A DNA stretch of 64,000 bases from Myxococcota bacterium (lineage in GTDB: Bacteria; Myxococcota_A; SURF-8): assembly GCA_963674735.2 (NCBI GenBank), contig CAXXQS010000002.1:1248001-1312000 (forward strand), given 5' to 3'. Both the position numbers and the translations under genes were made by a program. The notes below the pieces were generated by a model. The model searched no databases, was not told the origin of the DNA, and was given only the letters and a program-made list of their open reading frames with translations. This document shows positions 1 to 8,557 of this stretch, piece after piece. Position 1 is the first letter of the stretch, and every line of letters begins with the position of its first letter.

Positions 1-1063
1 CCTGCTGGAAATGGTCTTGTTGCAGGCGGAGTTGCTGGAGTTCAAAGCCAACCCCGATCGCGAGCAAGCCGAAGCGGTGGTTATCGAAGGCAAGCTTGAT
101 CGCGGACGCGGACCGGTCGGGACCGTTCTGGTCGCGCACGGTACTCTGCGTGTCGGCGATTTCTTCGTGTGCGGATCGCAATCGGGCCGCATCAAAGCTC
201 TGATCGACGATACGGGTGAACGGATCGAAACGGCCGGACCGTCCGTGCCGGTGGAAGTCTTGGGATTCAATGAAGTGCCCGAGGCCGGTGATAGCTTCAA
301 TACGCTGAAAGATGAAAAACAAGCGCGTCTGATCGCCGAGAACCGCTACCGCAAAAAACGGGAGCTGGAATTGGCCAAAAGTTCGCGTGTCAGTTTGGAA
401 GAGCTGGTCGAGCGCGTTAAGGCGGGCGAAGCCAAAACCCTGCCGTTGGTCATCAAGGGCGATGTCCAAGGCACCGTGGAGGCACTGCGCGATGCCTTGG
501 CGAAGGAAGGCACCGACGAAGTCAACCTCGAAATCATTTCGACCGGCGTCGGCGGCATCACCGAGAGCGACGTGCTGTTCGCCTCCGCTTCCAAAGCCAT
601 GATCGTCGGCTTCAACGTGCGCGCCGAGGCCAAGGGCCAGATGTTGGCGGAAAAAGAAGGCGTCGATATCAAGATTTACAGCGTCATCTACGACCTCATC
701 GAGGACATTCAGGGCGCGCTTCTCGGACTTACCGCACCGAAGATCCGCGAAGAAATATTCGGGCATGTGGAAGTGCGCGATATCTTCGTCATTCCGAAGG
801 TCGGCACGGTGGCGGGTTGTTACGTTACCGATGGTAAGGCCGAGCGCAATGCGGAGTTGCGGCTGTTGCGTGACAACATTGTCATTTACACCGGTAAAAT
901 CGCCTCGCTGCGGCGCTTCAAAGAAGATGTCGCCGAAGTGGCCACGGGCTACGAATGCGGTGTGGGAATTCAGAACTACAACGATATCAAGGTGGGTGAC
1001 AGCATCGAATTTTTCCGAACCGTTGAAGAAGCGGTTACCAAGCTCGAAGCGCGCACGTCATGA
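1..1063 (+). CDS. infB: Translation initiation factor IF-2, C-terminal part (5' truncated by window)
   Basis: IF-2 motifs LDRGRGPV, IKGDVQGTVEAL, GVGGITESDV, SLRRFKEDV and GYECG; followed by rbfA. Confidence 0.98.
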   Translation, partial: LLEMVLLQAELLEFKANPDREQAEAVVIEGKLDRGRGPVGTVLVAHGTLRVGDFFVCGSQSGRIKALIDDTGERIETAGPSVPVEVLGFNEVPEAGDSFNTLKDEKQARLIAENRYRKKRELELAKSSRVSLEELVERVKAGEAKTLPLVIKGDVQGTVEALRDALAKEGTDEVNLEIISTGVGGITESDVLFASASKAMIVGFNVRAEAKGQMLAEKEGVDIKIYSVIYDLIEDIQGALLGLTAPKIREEIFGHVEVRDIFVIPKVGTVAGCYVTDGKAERNAELRLLRDNIVIYTGKIASLRRFKEDVAEVATGYECGVGIQNYNDIKVGDSIEFFRTVEEAVTKLEARTS

Positions 1064-1446
1064 GTCCGTCCCGCTCGCGCGATTTCAAGCGCACGGATCG
1101 GTTGAGCAGCGCCATGCGTGAAGAATTGACCGTGCTTTTGCGCAATGCCGTCCGTGATCCGGCCGTGACGGACGTCACTTTGACGGACGTTAAGGTCACC
1201 ATGGATCTGGGTCACGCCCAAATCTACTACACCACCTATGAGAAAGACGCCGCTCACCGCGCCGAACTTCAGGCCGGTTTGGAACGGGCGGCGGGGTTCT
1301 TGCGCCGTGAGATCGGCCGTTTGCTGCATATTCGCCGAAGCCCCGAATTGCATTTCGTGCTCGATTCTTCGATTGACTACGCCGAACACATCGAGGGCGT
1401 GTTGCGTCAACTCAAGACCGAGGATAAGAATGGAGATCACGACTGA
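1060..1446 (+). CDS. rbfA: Ribosome-binding factor A
   Basis: RDP, VKVTMDL, GFLRREIG and PELHFVLD motifs; ATGA overlap with the infB stop. Confidence 0.96.
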   Translation: MSPSRSRDFKRTDRLSSAMREELTVLLRNAVRDPAVTDVTLTDVKVTMDLGHAQIYYTTYEKDAAHRAELQAGLERAAGFLRREIGRLLHIRRSPELHFVLDSSIDYAEHIEGVLRQLKTEDKNGDHD

Positions 1447-2470
1447 GCTTATCGATGTTCTCCGGCAGTCGAAAAAAATTCTGACGATCAGTCACGTCTC
1501 GCCCGACTTCGACGCCATTGCTTCTCAGCTGGCAGCCAAACTCGCTTTGGAAAAAGTGGGAAAAAAGATCACCACCTACAACGAGAGCGGGGCTTACCCG
1601 AACATGACGTTCTTGCCCGGCGTGGAAGATGTCGTGACGCGCCTTCATCCCCGCGCACGCTTCGATTGTACGTTGCTGATGGACGCGGGAACCCCCGATC
1701 GTTTCGGCAAGGTTCTCAACGAAAGTCCACGCGAACGATTCGGAACCCTCATCAAGGTGGACCATCATCTCACCGGCAGCGCTTTTGCCGAGATGGAATA
1801 TGTCGATCCGGGTCGTGCCTCCACCGGTGAATTGGTCATGGATCTCATCAAGCGTTATCCGATCGAACTGGATGCGGATATTGCCTTGAACCTTTATTGC
1901 GCCGTGGTTACCGATACCGGCGGGTTTCGTTATTCCAATACCAACTCGGCCGCTTTCCATACGGTGGCGGAGCTTCTGCAGCACGGGGTGAATCCTTGGG
2001 ATGTCACTACCCGGCTTTACGAGAACCGTCCTGAAGCGGAACTGCGGCTTTTGTCTCTGGTTTTGAAAACGTTGCACGTATCCCATTCCGGGCGCTATGC
2101 CACGCTGGAAATGCGCTGTACCGATCGGGAAGCCGCTGGTGCCGAAGATTATATGACCGACGGCTTTATCAACTATGCCCGCTCTCTAAGCGGTGTCGAA
2201 GTTGCCATTTTCATTCGAGAGATGATCCCCGACAAACAGTTCAAGGTGAGTTTCCGTTCAAAAGGAACGGTCAATGTGGCCACCCTGGCCGAATCGCTGG
2301 GAGGGGGCGGTCATCACAATGCGGCCGGTTGCACTATGAAAGGCAGCTTGACGGAAGTGAAGGCCATCCTCTATCGCATCGTCGATGCCAAGCTGCCGAA
2401 ATCGGCTTCATCCAAGAAGTCCGTTACGGCGAAACGCGCTGTTGGGAAAGTGAAACAAGCCAAACGGTGA
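1430..2470 (+). CDS. nrnA: DHH/DHHA1 family bifunctional oligoribonuclease / pAp phosphatase
   Basis: HVSPDFDA, DHH, TDTGGF, SFRSK and GGGGHHNAAG motifs; start moved to ATG 1430 after GAGGA; usual position after rbfA. Confidence 0.9.
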   Translation: MEITTELIDVLRQSKKILTISHVSPDFDAIASQLAAKLALEKVGKKITTYNESGAYPNMTFLPGVEDVVTRLHPRARFDCTLLMDAGTPDRFGKVLNESPRERFGTLIKVDHHLTGSAFAEMEYVDPGRASTGELVMDLIKRYPIELDADIALNLYCAVVTDTGGFRYSNTNSAAFHTVAELLQHGVNPWDVTTRLYENRPEAELRLLSLVLKTLHVSHSGRYATLEMRCTDREAAGAEDYMTDGFINYARSLSGVEVAIFIREMIPDKQFKVSFRSKGTVNVATLAESLGGGGHHNAAGCTMKGSLTEVKAILYRIVDAKLPKSASSKKSVTAKRAVGKVKQAKR

Positions 2471-2499
2471 TGCCGATTCGGCTATCGGTTGGTTGAATG

Positions 2500-2528
2500 A
2501 AAAAAGCCCCGCTCGAAGCGGGGCTTTG
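2500..2528. terminator. Intrinsic terminator between convergent genes
   Basis: AAAAAAGCCCCGCT-CGA-AGCGGGGCTTTG hairpin with A/T tails. Confidence 0.8.
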
Positions 2529-2548
2529 TCGTTGGAAAGGATGTCGGG

Positions 2549-3928
2549 TTAGATGCAATAGCCCACCGCGCCGTAAATGACGGCGGAGCAGCTGTAGCCG
2601 AAGCAACACTGGGGAAGCAAAACACCACAAACCACCGGGTTGGTGCAAGGACCGGCCACACAGTTCGGGGCGGTGGAGGCATCGCAGAATTGGTTTTCCG
2701 CGCAGGCCGGGCAGTTGATGACGCACTGATTGAAGGTGGGATCGCAGATATATCCCGGCGGACAACCGCCGCAATCGGCAGGACCCGGACCCGCGACGCA
2801 ACGTCCGTCGGTATCGCAGTTCAACGTGCCGGGGCAGGGGTTGCTGGCTCCGCACTGGGGTCGGCAGCAACCCTGTGTCTGACCGGTGACGATTTCACAG
2901 TAGGAACCCGCATCGCATTCGTAATCTCCGGCGCAGGCATCGCATTCGGGATTTTCGAGAATACAGCGGCCATAGTTGAGATCGGAGGTGTCTTTGATGC
3001 AGACATACAGCTCGGGGCAGCCTTCGCCGGGCAGTTCGCAGTAGCGTTTACACATGCCGTCGTCGCTGGTCGGCAGCCGATCGCAGAATTCGTCCAATTC
3101 ACAAGCATTATCGGAGCGACAATAGCCATCGATCGGCAAGCAAACTCCGTGGTCGCAGGTCCAACCACGTGGGCAACTGCCACCGGCCGTATCGCAGTTG
3201 GGGACGCAGACACCGTCGGTAGAACCGACGTAATTGGGCTGGCAGTATTCAAGATCGCCCGCACAGCCTTCATCGGTGGTACAGGCCGTGCCTTGCAGGC
3301 GGCATTCGGCTTGGTCGCACAATTCGTTGATGCCACACTCCGTTACGATCTCCCACCCGTCACCGGCAACATTGCAGACTTCCACCGTGTTGTCGTCCGC
3401 ACAGCGGCGGCGTCCCGGATCACAGTTGGTATCGTCGCCGTCGGGGTCGTCGCCATCAGCGCTGTCGGAGCAGGAGCCGTCGACACAGACTTTGCCATCG
3501 GACAGGCAATCGCGGTAGAAGGACCAGTCGCCTGCAACATCACATTTCTGAACATCGTTGCCCAAGCAGCGGAAGTCGCCCGCCGTGCACATTTCCGGAT
3601 CATCGCCGTCGGGGTCGTCGCCATCGCCGGCGTTACACTGGTCGTATAAAAGGCAGACGTTCGTCTCGGTTTCACAGCAGGTTCCAGCCGTTATGGTTTC
3701 GCAATCGGCATCGCTGGTACAGGAAGCCGAGCAGAACCCGACACCCGAAATCACCACGCAAAGGGAGGTCTCACAGTCGGCGTTGACGTTGCAGCTTTGG
3801 CCGAACGGTTTGAGGCCGGAATCGCCATCGGCTGCTTCGTCGCTATCTCCGCCGCAGGCTGCCAGTAACGCGATAGCCAACACGACGATCCAACACGCCA
3901 TCGCACCTTTTTTCAAAGCCTTCATCAT
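2549..3928 (-). CDS. Cysteine-rich repeat lipoprotein with DGD-rich linkers
   Basis: Lipobox LAAC; many CxxDxDC/EGF-like Cys modules; DGDDPDGDD linkers. Confidence 0.8.
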   Translation of the reverse strand: MMKALKKGAMACWIVVLAIALLAACGGDSDEAADGDSGLKPFGQSCNVNADCETSLCVVISGVGFCSASCTSDADCETITAGTCCETETNVCLLYDQCNAGDGDDPDGDDPEMCTAGDFRCLGNDVQKCDVAGDWSFYRDCLSDGKVCVDGSCSDSADGDDPDGDDTNCDPGRRRCADDNTVEVCNVAGDGWEIVTECGINELCDQAECRLQGTACTTDEGCAGDLEYCQPNYVGSTDGVCVPNCDTAGGSCPRGWTCDHGVCLPIDGYCRSDNACELDEFCDRLPTSDDGMCKRYCELPGEGCPELYVCIKDTSDLNYGRCILENPECDACAGDYECDAGSYCEIVTGQTQGCCRPQCGASNPCPGTLNCDTDGRCVAGPGPADCGGCPPGYICDPTFNQCVINCPACAENQFCDASTAPNCVAGPCTNPVVCGVLLPQCCFGYSCSAVIYGAVGYCI

Positions 3929-4063
3929 TACAACCTCCCATTTCCCGGTTTACTAGGGTAGACACACATCACCGCTACCGATGTTCGGGGCAAGTCCTAT
4001 AGTCTTATAGTGTACCGCATGAGCGCACAAATGCAACAACTTTCATGTTGGATCTTCAGATCG

Positions 4064-4561
4064 CTAGGGAAGGGCTTGGCGTTGCGCTTCTCGGCGCAGG
4101 GAGGCAAGAAGCAAATCGGCATTGGCTTCGAGGCGGAAATTGTTTGGGTGTTCACCCCCGGAAAAACAGGGTTTGCAAGTATCGTAGCCCAGCACGGTTT
4201 TCCCGTTTTTCAGCGCCAAGGCGATTTCCGAAAGTGTTCCGCCCGCTCCGCCGATGGCCACCACGACATCGGCGGTCAGGATGTTGATCGGATTGCGTGC
4301 GTCGCCCAGGTTCGTGATGATCGGTAAGCGGATGTAAGGATTGGCCGCCGTTTTGTCGCGTCCCGGCAGGATCCCGAGAGTCAATCCGCCTGCTTCGACC
4401 GCACCTTTGGCGGCGGCCTCCATCACACCGGTTCCACCGCCGCACAGCAAAACGGCTCCCAGCTCGGCGGTTGTGCGGCCGACCGCTTCGGCCACTTCGG
4501 CCTGTTCGGGTGTGCAGCGGGAACCGCCCATGACGCCTACGATCACGAAAGGTTTCGACAT
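4064..4561 (-). CDS. LOG/lysine-decarboxylase-like Rossmann protein (TIGR00725-type)
   Basis: LCGGGTGVMEA, GILPG, ARNPIN and GGAGGTLSEIA motifs. Confidence 0.88.
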   Translation of the reverse strand: MSKPFVIVGVMGGSRCTPEQAEVAEAVGRTTAELGAVLLCGGGTGVMEAAAKGAVEAGGLTLGILPGRDKTAANPYIRLPIITNLGDARNPINILTADVVVAIGGAGGTLSEIALALKNGKTVLGYDTCKPCFSGGEHPNNFRLEANADLLLASLRREAQRQALP

Positions 4562-4711
4562 TTCGCGTCTCCTTACAATCCCAGATAATGGGTTCGACGA
4601 TAAATGGATAATACGTGATGTAGTATAGTGGGCGTTGCGCTTTTTTCCAAATTATGAAACCATAGCTCAGGCCGACACTGAATCTGCAACCGGTTTGGAG
4701 GATTTTCCGCG

Positions 4712-5776
4712 ATGGCTCATGTACTCACGATTATTGGAACACGCCCCGAAATCATCAAAATGGCTCCATTGATTCCACTATTGGACGATGCGTTCGAACA
4801 CACTTTTTTGTTCACCGGTCAGCATTACTCGCAAAACATGGTCGAGATCTTCCTCGACGAAATGGGTTTGCGCCGTCCCGATGCGTTTCTCGATGTCAAC
4901 GATTCCGATCGGGACCGTTTGGAGGAAGGTATTCGCGCCTGGTTGGTCGGTCGGCACTTTGATGCCGTTTTGGTATACGGCGATACCAACTCGACCCTGG
5001 CCGCCGCCCGTGCCGTGCCGAAAGAAGCCAAGCTCGTGCATATCGAGGCGGGTATCCGCAGTTTCGATTCACGTATGCCCGAGGAGTTCAACCGCATCGA
5101 GGTGGACCGCCTGAGTCATTACCGCCTGCCTCCGAGCGGGTTGGGACGTTATTTCCTCACCGATTTCGAAGGGATCGATCCCGATACGGTAGAGGTAGTC
5201 GGGAACCTGGTGGTGGACGCTTATCGCCAGAACCGCGAGCGTATCCTCAGCGCCCCCCTCGACGACGGTCTGTCGCCGCGCGGATATCATCTGCTCACCA
5301 TGCATCGCGCCGAAAACGTGGATGATCCCAAACGTTTGAAAGCGATTCTCGATAACCTGGCGCGGCTTGACAAGCCGGTGGTCTTCCCGGTGCATCCACG
5401 CACCGAGGCGCGCATGCGCGAATTCGGACTGGAGTTTCCGGTCAATCTGCGGATTCTCGAACCCTTGGGTTATTACCGCTTTATGCGCCTGATGCACGAC
5501 TGCGAACTGGTCATCACCGATTCGGGTGGCGTGCAGGAGGAAGCCGTTACGCTGGGTGTGCCTTGTATTACGCTGCGTGACAATACCGAGCGCATGGAGA
5601 CGGTGTTTCTACAGGCCGCGGTGCTCTACGATGCCGACCACCGGAACGATCTGGATGTGGTGGCCGCTGATATGTGCGCGCGCCGCGACGTCATCCGCAG
5701 CTTGAAAAACCCCTACGGCGAGGGCGATGCCGCCCAGCGCATCCTACGCTTTTTACAAGACAAACTGGCGGGGTGA
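4712..5776 (+). CDS. wecB: UDP-N-acetylglucosamine 2-epimerase (non-hydrolysing), paralog 1
   Basis: GTRPEIIKM, TGQH, GDTNST, HIEAGIRS, PEEFNR, TDSGGVQEEA and NPYGEG motifs. Confidence 0.92.
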   Translation: MAHVLTIIGTRPEIIKMAPLIPLLDDAFEHTFLFTGQHYSQNMVEIFLDEMGLRRPDAFLDVNDSDRDRLEEGIRAWLVGRHFDAVLVYGDTNSTLAAARAVPKEAKLVHIEAGIRSFDSRMPEEFNRIEVDRLSHYRLPPSGLGRYFLTDFEGIDPDTVEVVGNLVVDAYRQNRERILSAPLDDGLSPRGYHLLTMHRAENVDDPKRLKAILDNLARLDKPVVFPVHPRTEARMREFGLEFPVNLRILEPLGYYRFMRLMHDCELVITDSGGVQEEAVTLGVPCITLRDNTERMETVFLQAAVLYDADHRNDLDVVAADMCARRDVIRSLKNPYGEGDAAQRILRFLQDKLAG

Positions 5777-5890
5777 GTCTGTTCGCGGCTTTTTGGCGTG
5801 CAACCGCCTTTCTCCCTTGCGTCCGGGTTACCGGCGGGATAAAGTTGCGGTGGAAACCACAGCGGCGAGCAAGAATGGGAAAAACGGACC

Positions 5891-6805
5891 ATGGAACGTA
5901 TCGACGTCAAATGCGGATTCAATTGCAATAACAAATGCTTCTTCTGCGTGCAGGGCGATAAGCGCTATCACTACGCCGACAAAAGCACCGACGAAGTCAA
6001 AAAAGTCCTCGACGACGGCCGCAAGGACTCGGACGCGCTGGTTTTCACCGGCGGCGAAGTGACCATCCGCAAAGACTTCCCCGAATTGGTGGCGCATGCC
6101 AAATCGTTGGGATTCCGGGTGATTCAGGTGCAGACCAACGGTCGCCTGTTCGCCTCGAAGGCCTTTTGCGAAAAGATCATCGCAGCCGGAGCGACCGAAT
6201 TTTCTCCGGCTATTCACGGACATACGTCCGAATTGCACGATTTCCTCACCCATGCGCCGGGTGCGTTCAAGCAGACCGTGCACGGGATCCAGAATCTCAA
6301 GGCGCTGGGACAGACCATCGTCATGAATTCGGTGATAACGCGTCCCAACTATCGCAATCTGCCCGATATGGCGCGCCTGTTCTCGGCGCTCAAGGTCGAC
6401 CAATTCCAGTTCGCCTTCGTGCATGCCCTGGGCAGCGCCGAAAAGCATTTCGAGATGATCGTACCGCGCAAGTCGCTGGTGGAGCCGTACGTCAAGCAGG
6501 CGCTGGCCATCGGCGTCAAAAACGGCTGCCGCGTCATGACCGAGGCGATTCCCTATTGCTTCATGAGCGGCTTCGAGGTCTTTGTGGCCGAACGTTACAT
6601 TCCGCGCACCAAGATTTTCGATGCCGACTGGGTGGTGGACGACTACACCGATTACCGCTGGAACGAGGGCAAGGCCAAGGGCGAGCCCTGCAAAACCTGC
6701 GCTTACCAAGATGAATGCGAGGGTCCCTGGCGGGAATACCCCGAACATTTCGGTTGGGATGAATTCAAACCGCGACCGGAAAAGACCGATGTCCCAAAAC
6801 CCTGA
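5891..6805 (+). CDS. Radical SAM protein, HxsC-like putative peptide maturase 1
   Basis: CNNKCFFC, FTGGEVT, QTNGR and HDFLT motifs; C-terminal PYC and CKTCAYQDEC auxiliary Cys motif. Confidence 0.85.
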   Translation: MERIDVKCGFNCNNKCFFCVQGDKRYHYADKSTDEVKKVLDDGRKDSDALVFTGGEVTIRKDFPELVAHAKSLGFRVIQVQTNGRLFASKAFCEKIIAAGATEFSPAIHGHTSELHDFLTHAPGAFKQTVHGIQNLKALGQTIVMNSVITRPNYRNLPDMARLFSALKVDQFQFAFVHALGSAEKHFEMIVPRKSLVEPYVKQALAIGVKNGCRVMTEAIPYCFMSGFEVFVAERYIPRTKIFDADWVVDDYTDYRWNEGKAKGEPCKTCAYQDECEGPWREYPEHFGWDEFKPRPEKTDVPKP

Positions 6806-8465
6806 CGAACAAAAGGGCGGTCTTTCCGATGACGTGCGCGACGTCCGCGAACAGGCGGTGCATGAATACCGCCACTGGGTGCGTACCACCTACGCCTGCA
6901 ATAATCGTTGTATTTTCTGCCTTGACGGCGATGTCAGCCGCGCGCGTCATTTGCCCAAGGCGGAAGTTTTCGCTGAGATCGAGCGGGGTTTCCAGCCCGG
7001 TGCGCGTCTGATCGTCTCGGGTGGGGAAGCCTCCATCCACCCGGATTTCATCGACTTTGTCGCCCATGGCAAGCGTGTCGGTTACGGCTGGATTCAAACC
7101 ATCACCAACGGCCGCATGTTCGCCTACGAACCCTTCACACGCAAAGCCGCCGATGCCGGATTGAACGAAGTCACCTTCTCGATGCACGGCCACACCTCGG
7201 AGATTCACGACACTTTGACGGGGATCAAAGGTGGTTTCGCCCAGGCGCTGCGCGGCATGCGCAACCTGCTGAAGGACGGCCGGGTGGTGATCAACGTGGA
7301 CTGCGTCATCAACGGCTTGAATTACAAACACTTGGACGACATCCTGCAGTTTTACATGAAGCTCGGTATCCACGAATTCGACCTCTTGCAGATCGTTCCC
7401 TTCGGGCGCGCCTGGTACGATGAAAATCGCGAGCGTCTGTTCTACGATGTCGAAGAAGCCTTCCCCTATCTCAACCGCGCCTTTCAACGGGCCTACAAGC
7501 CCGGCAATTACATCTGGACCAACCGGTTCCCGGTGGCCTACCTCGAAGGCATCGAGGATCTCATTCAGGATCCGCACAAGCTGTTTGACGAGATGCGCGG
7601 ACGGCGCGACGAGTTCGAGCATTTCGTCGATAGCGGTCAAAAGCTGCGCTGTTTCGGCGAGCGTTGTCGCTACTGCTTCCTGCAGGACTATTGCGATACC
7701 CTGCACCGTTTGCACGATCGTTTAAGCGTGGGTGGATTTGCGCGGGTGGCGGTGGATCTCGTCGAAAATGACAATCTCATCGCTCCCTCCGCCCTCAAAG
7801 CGCAGATCGAGAAAAGCGGAATCCGCCGTTTGCGTTTGTCGGCGCGAGACGCGACGCAGGCGCGTGAGTGGATGTCGCGCATGGATGGCTTTCTGCCGGA
7901 TGAAATCGAATTGTCTCTCGACGATTGGACGGCTTTCCTCGACGAAGTCACGAAGCGTCCGCCGGTGGAAACCTGGCCGGGCCTGCGGCGGCTGGTGGTC
8001 ATGACGCCGGATGCGCTCGATGCGCTATCGGCGCTCGATATCGAATTGGAAATACCGGTGTTGACCGATCTGATGGAGACGCTCAACGGACGCAAACACG
8101 AATTGGCCGAACGCGGACGAGTGTGGTTGCGCTGGCCGACGGTGGAAACACTGAACGAGGCGCGTGCGCAAGTCCCCGATCCGGCGGCGTTTCTGGCCGA
8201 TTGGCAGGATGTGCCGGTGAAGGTCTTGGGTGTGCCGCTCTGTCTGCATCCCGGCGCGGAAACCGATCCGCCCACTTTGCGTCTATCAAGTCTCGACGTC
8301 ACGGGGCGTCTCGATATGCCTTCTTTCACCCGCGATTACATTCGTTTCGACTACGAAGCCAAATCCAACCGTTGTCGCAACTGCGCGCAGACGGCCGCCT
8401 GTCGCGGTCTACATCTCAACACCCTGCGTGTGCACGGCTTCAAGACGTTGAGACCGTTCGAGTAA
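6789..8465 (+). CDS. Radical SAM protein with long C-terminal extension, putative peptide maturase 2
   Basis: CNNRCIFC, SGGEAS and TNGRM motifs; two further Cys clusters (CRYCFLQDYC; PLC...CRNCAQTAAC); ATG 6789 overlaps the end of the upstream gene. Confidence 0.85.
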   Translation: MSQNPDEQKGGLSDDVRDVREQAVHEYRHWVRTTYACNNRCIFCLDGDVSRARHLPKAEVFAEIERGFQPGARLIVSGGEASIHPDFIDFVAHGKRVGYGWIQTITNGRMFAYEPFTRKAADAGLNEVTFSMHGHTSEIHDTLTGIKGGFAQALRGMRNLLKDGRVVINVDCVINGLNYKHLDDILQFYMKLGIHEFDLLQIVPFGRAWYDENRERLFYDVEEAFPYLNRAFQRAYKPGNYIWTNRFPVAYLEGIEDLIQDPHKLFDEMRGRRDEFEHFVDSGQKLRCFGERCRYCFLQDYCDTLHRLHDRLSVGGFARVAVDLVENDNLIAPSALKAQIEKSGIRRLRLSARDATQAREWMSRMDGFLPDEIELSLDDWTAFLDEVTKRPPVETWPGLRRLVVMTPDALDALSALDIELEIPVLTDLMETLNGRKHELAERGRVWLRWPTVETLNEARAQVPDPAAFLADWQDVPVKVLGVPLCLHPGAETDPPTLRLSSLDVTGRLDMPSFTRDYIRFDYEAKSNRCRNCAQTAACRGLHLNTLRVHGFKTLRPFE

Positions 8466-8503
8466 TCCGGATCCCCGCCGAAAACCAATTTTGGATCGCG
8501 TAA

Positions 8504-8533
8504 TTGACGCTGTTCGCATCGATGTGTTAGGAT
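8504..8533 (+). promoter_or_regulatory. Putative sigma70 promoter
   Basis: TTGACG-N18-TAGGAT with TGn extension upstream of the GT-C gene. Confidence 0.4.
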
Positions 8534-8557
8534 GCGCCCACCCCGCAACAGTCGGAC

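Noticed and set aside
1238-1429. Upstream extensions in the ORF track (nrnA 1238, rSAM2 6582, carD 35313, nucleotidyltransferase 40734, RACo 58528)
   Set aside because: They overlap neighbouring genes or promoters; downstream ATGs have better RBS or domain boundaries.
2690-3649. Long antisense ORFs (also 14957-16036, 20084-21121, 42118-43161, 44517-45953, 60377-61387 and others)
   Set aside because: They lie opposite well-supported genes, which is expected in high-GC DNA, and show no motifs.
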